This document shows, piece after piece, positions 62,505-64,000 of a stretch of 64,000 nucleotides of DNA; the first letter of the stretch is position 1, and each line of letters begins with the position of its first letter. The position numbers and the translations under genes are program-made. The stretch lies in NCBI GenBank assembly GCA_963850905.1, contig CAWKMU010000003.1, forward strand, positions 1,888,001 to 1,952,000, read 5' to 3'. The notes under the pieces are model-generated. The model saw nothing but the letters and a program-made list of their open reading frames with translations, was not told where the DNA came from and did not search any database. Source of the DNA: an uncultured Gemmatimonadales bacterium. GTDB lineage: Bacteria > Gemmatimonadota > Gemmatimonadetes > Gemmatimonadales > Gemmatimonadaceae.

Positions 62505-62623
62505 CCGCCGATCAGTGAGTTGCGTGCGGGCGGTGTGTGCGGTCGGCGATCCCGGCGTTCGCACGGAGCGCATGTGTCGCCGCGACATGGACATTTTGTG
62601 CATGACCGCCTTCCTTCTACCGC

Positions 62624-63082
62624 ATGCGTGTGTTGTTGCAACGCGTTTCGCGTGCAGAAGTACGGGTGCGCACCGGCGATGAGAGCCGAATCGCCGGGCA
62701 AATCGGCCACGGTCTCGTGTTGCTCGTCGGTTTCCGCACAGGCGAGTCGGCAGCGGGCGACGAGCCGCTGCAATGGATGGCGGAGAAAATCGCGGGACTG
62801 CGGGTATTCAGCGACGAGAATAACAAGATGAATCTCGGGCTTCTCGACGTCGGAGGGAGCGTCCTGGTCGTGTCACAATTCACGCTGTACGGCGACGCGG
62901 TCAAAGGGCGTCGACCGAGCTTCATCGACGCGGCTCGACCCGACGAAGCCGAGCCAGTCTACAAGCGATTTCTCGCGCTGCTGCGTGCGCGCGGTCTGCA
63001 GGTCGAAGCTGGAGAATTTGGCGCGATGATGGACGTCGAGCTCGTCAACGATGGGCCCGTGACGTTGTGGCTCGAGCGATGA
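62624..63082 (+). CDS. dtd: D-aminoacyl-tRNA deacylase
   Basis: MRVLLQRV, SQFTLYG, GRRPSF, FGAMMDVELVNDGPVT. Confidence 0.97.
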   Translation: MRVLLQRVSRAEVRVRTGDESRIAGQIGHGLVLLVGFRTGESAAGDEPLQWMAEKIAGLRVFSDENNKMNLGLLDVGGSVLVVSQFTLYGDAVKGRRPSFIDAARPDEAEPVYKRFLALLRARGLQVEAGEFGAMMDVELVNDGPVTLWLER

Positions 63083-63723
63083 TCTCCGCGTCCCGCGGCG
63101 ACACACCCGGGCCGGTGGTGCCGCGCGTCATTCTCGCCTCCCAGAGTCCGCGTCGCCGAGATCTCCTCTCGCTCATTGGCGTCCGACACACGGTGCGTCC
63201 AGCCGACATTGACGAATCGGTTCACCCCGGCGAGTCGCCACTGGCGTGCGTCGGACGATTGGCGCGGGAAAAGGCGGACCGCGTCGCGAGCGCTGAAGCG
63301 AAAGCTGATGACCACGCCGTGATCATTGCGGCCGACACCATCGTCGTCATCGATGACCGGATTCTCAACAAGCCGATCGACGCTGCTGATGCGCGCAGGA
63401 TGCTGCATGCGCTCCAGGGGCGCACGCACCACGTACACACCGCTGTCTGCGTCGCCCGAGATGCTCGCCGGGCGGTGGACGTGGCCTCAGTCCGCGTGCG
63501 ATTTCGGGCGCTCACTGCCCCGGAGATCGACCTCTACGTCGCGACCGGCGAGCCCATGGACAAGGCCGGCGCCTATGGCATCCAGGGTTACGGTGCGACG
63601 ATCGTCGATCACATCGACGGGGACTTCTTCGCGGTCATGGGATTGCCACTCGTGACACTCGTGCGGTTGCTGGGAGAGGTTGGGGTGCGGTACGAGTTCG
63701 GCAGGATATGGGTGGCGCGCTGA
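63079..63723 (+). CDS. maf: Maf/YhdE nucleoside triphosphate pyrophosphatase
   Basis: ILASQSPRR, AADT, KP, DKAGAYGIQG, VMGLP. Confidence 0.95.
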   Translation: MISASRGDTPGPVVPRVILASQSPRRRDLLSLIGVRHTVRPADIDESVHPGESPLACVGRLAREKADRVASAEAKADDHAVIIAADTIVVIDDRILNKPIDAADARRMLHALQGRTHHVHTAVCVARDARRAVDVASVRVRFRALTAPEIDLYVATGEPMDKAGAYGIQGYGATIVDHIDGDFFAVMGLPLVTLVRLLGEVGVRYEFGRIWVAR

Positions 63724-63729
63724 ACGGCG

Positions 63730-63984
63730 GGTTTGGGGTCTGGGGTTTGGGGTTTGGGGTTTGGGAACGACCGGGCAACGGCCACGACACCAGCAGGCGG
63801 CCTGACGGCCGCCCCTGCATGTCGGTATGGACGGCGAGGCCCCAGGGCGCGGTACTAACGATTCGGGTTACCGGTCGACGAATCCAACTCCGGCGCTGCC
63901 CGCAGCAACATGTAGGGGCGGGCTTCAGCCCGCCCATTTTCTTGCGGTGGTCGTGGTCGTTCGCCAAACCCCCAACCGCAACCC
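63730..63984. repeat. REPIN-like inverted REP pair with (GGGGTTT)n arms
   Basis: Left heptamer tract 63730-63765, degenerate REP on - at 63795-63821, REP on + at 63912-63935, inverse arm 63964-63984. Confidence 0.82.
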
Positions 63985-64000
63985 CGCTCTTCCGACTACA

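Overview
GC-rich bacterial chromosomal segment of mostly housekeeping genes. Gene content and order suggest Gemmatimonadota, which is an inference. It carries an F0+delta ATP synthase operon without the F1 genes, cstA/ybdD, an idh-gcdH-etfBA-ETF:QO cluster, a PTPS-mobA-dacB-moeA operon, a cell-wall cluster (SH3 protein, catalytically dead YkuD paralogue, active L,D-transpeptidase, M15A peptidase), guaB, a DHH/NifU/Mrp/MATE/DUF62 cluster, an ECF sigma/anti-sigma envelope-stress locus, late futalosine-type menaquinone genes, Cho-like nuclease-mutM-purD, glmM-glmS and dtd-maf. No rRNA, tRNA, CRISPR array, phage gene or transposase was recognised. The most striking unexplained structure is a set of modular intergenic palindromes: inverted arms of 7-bp tandem repeats that are complementary within an element but differ between elements, enclosing shared inner hairpins, some of them GTAG-type REPs. 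Other notable signals are the pseudo-enzyme/enzyme L,D-transpeptidase pair, a three-Cys ETF:QO, a DnaA-box pair upstream of the atp operon, an ECF-type promoter at the anti-sigma start and many apparently leaderless genes. Two frameshifts (glmS and a GT39 gene) are probably sequence errors. All calls are by eye from motifs; no searches were run.
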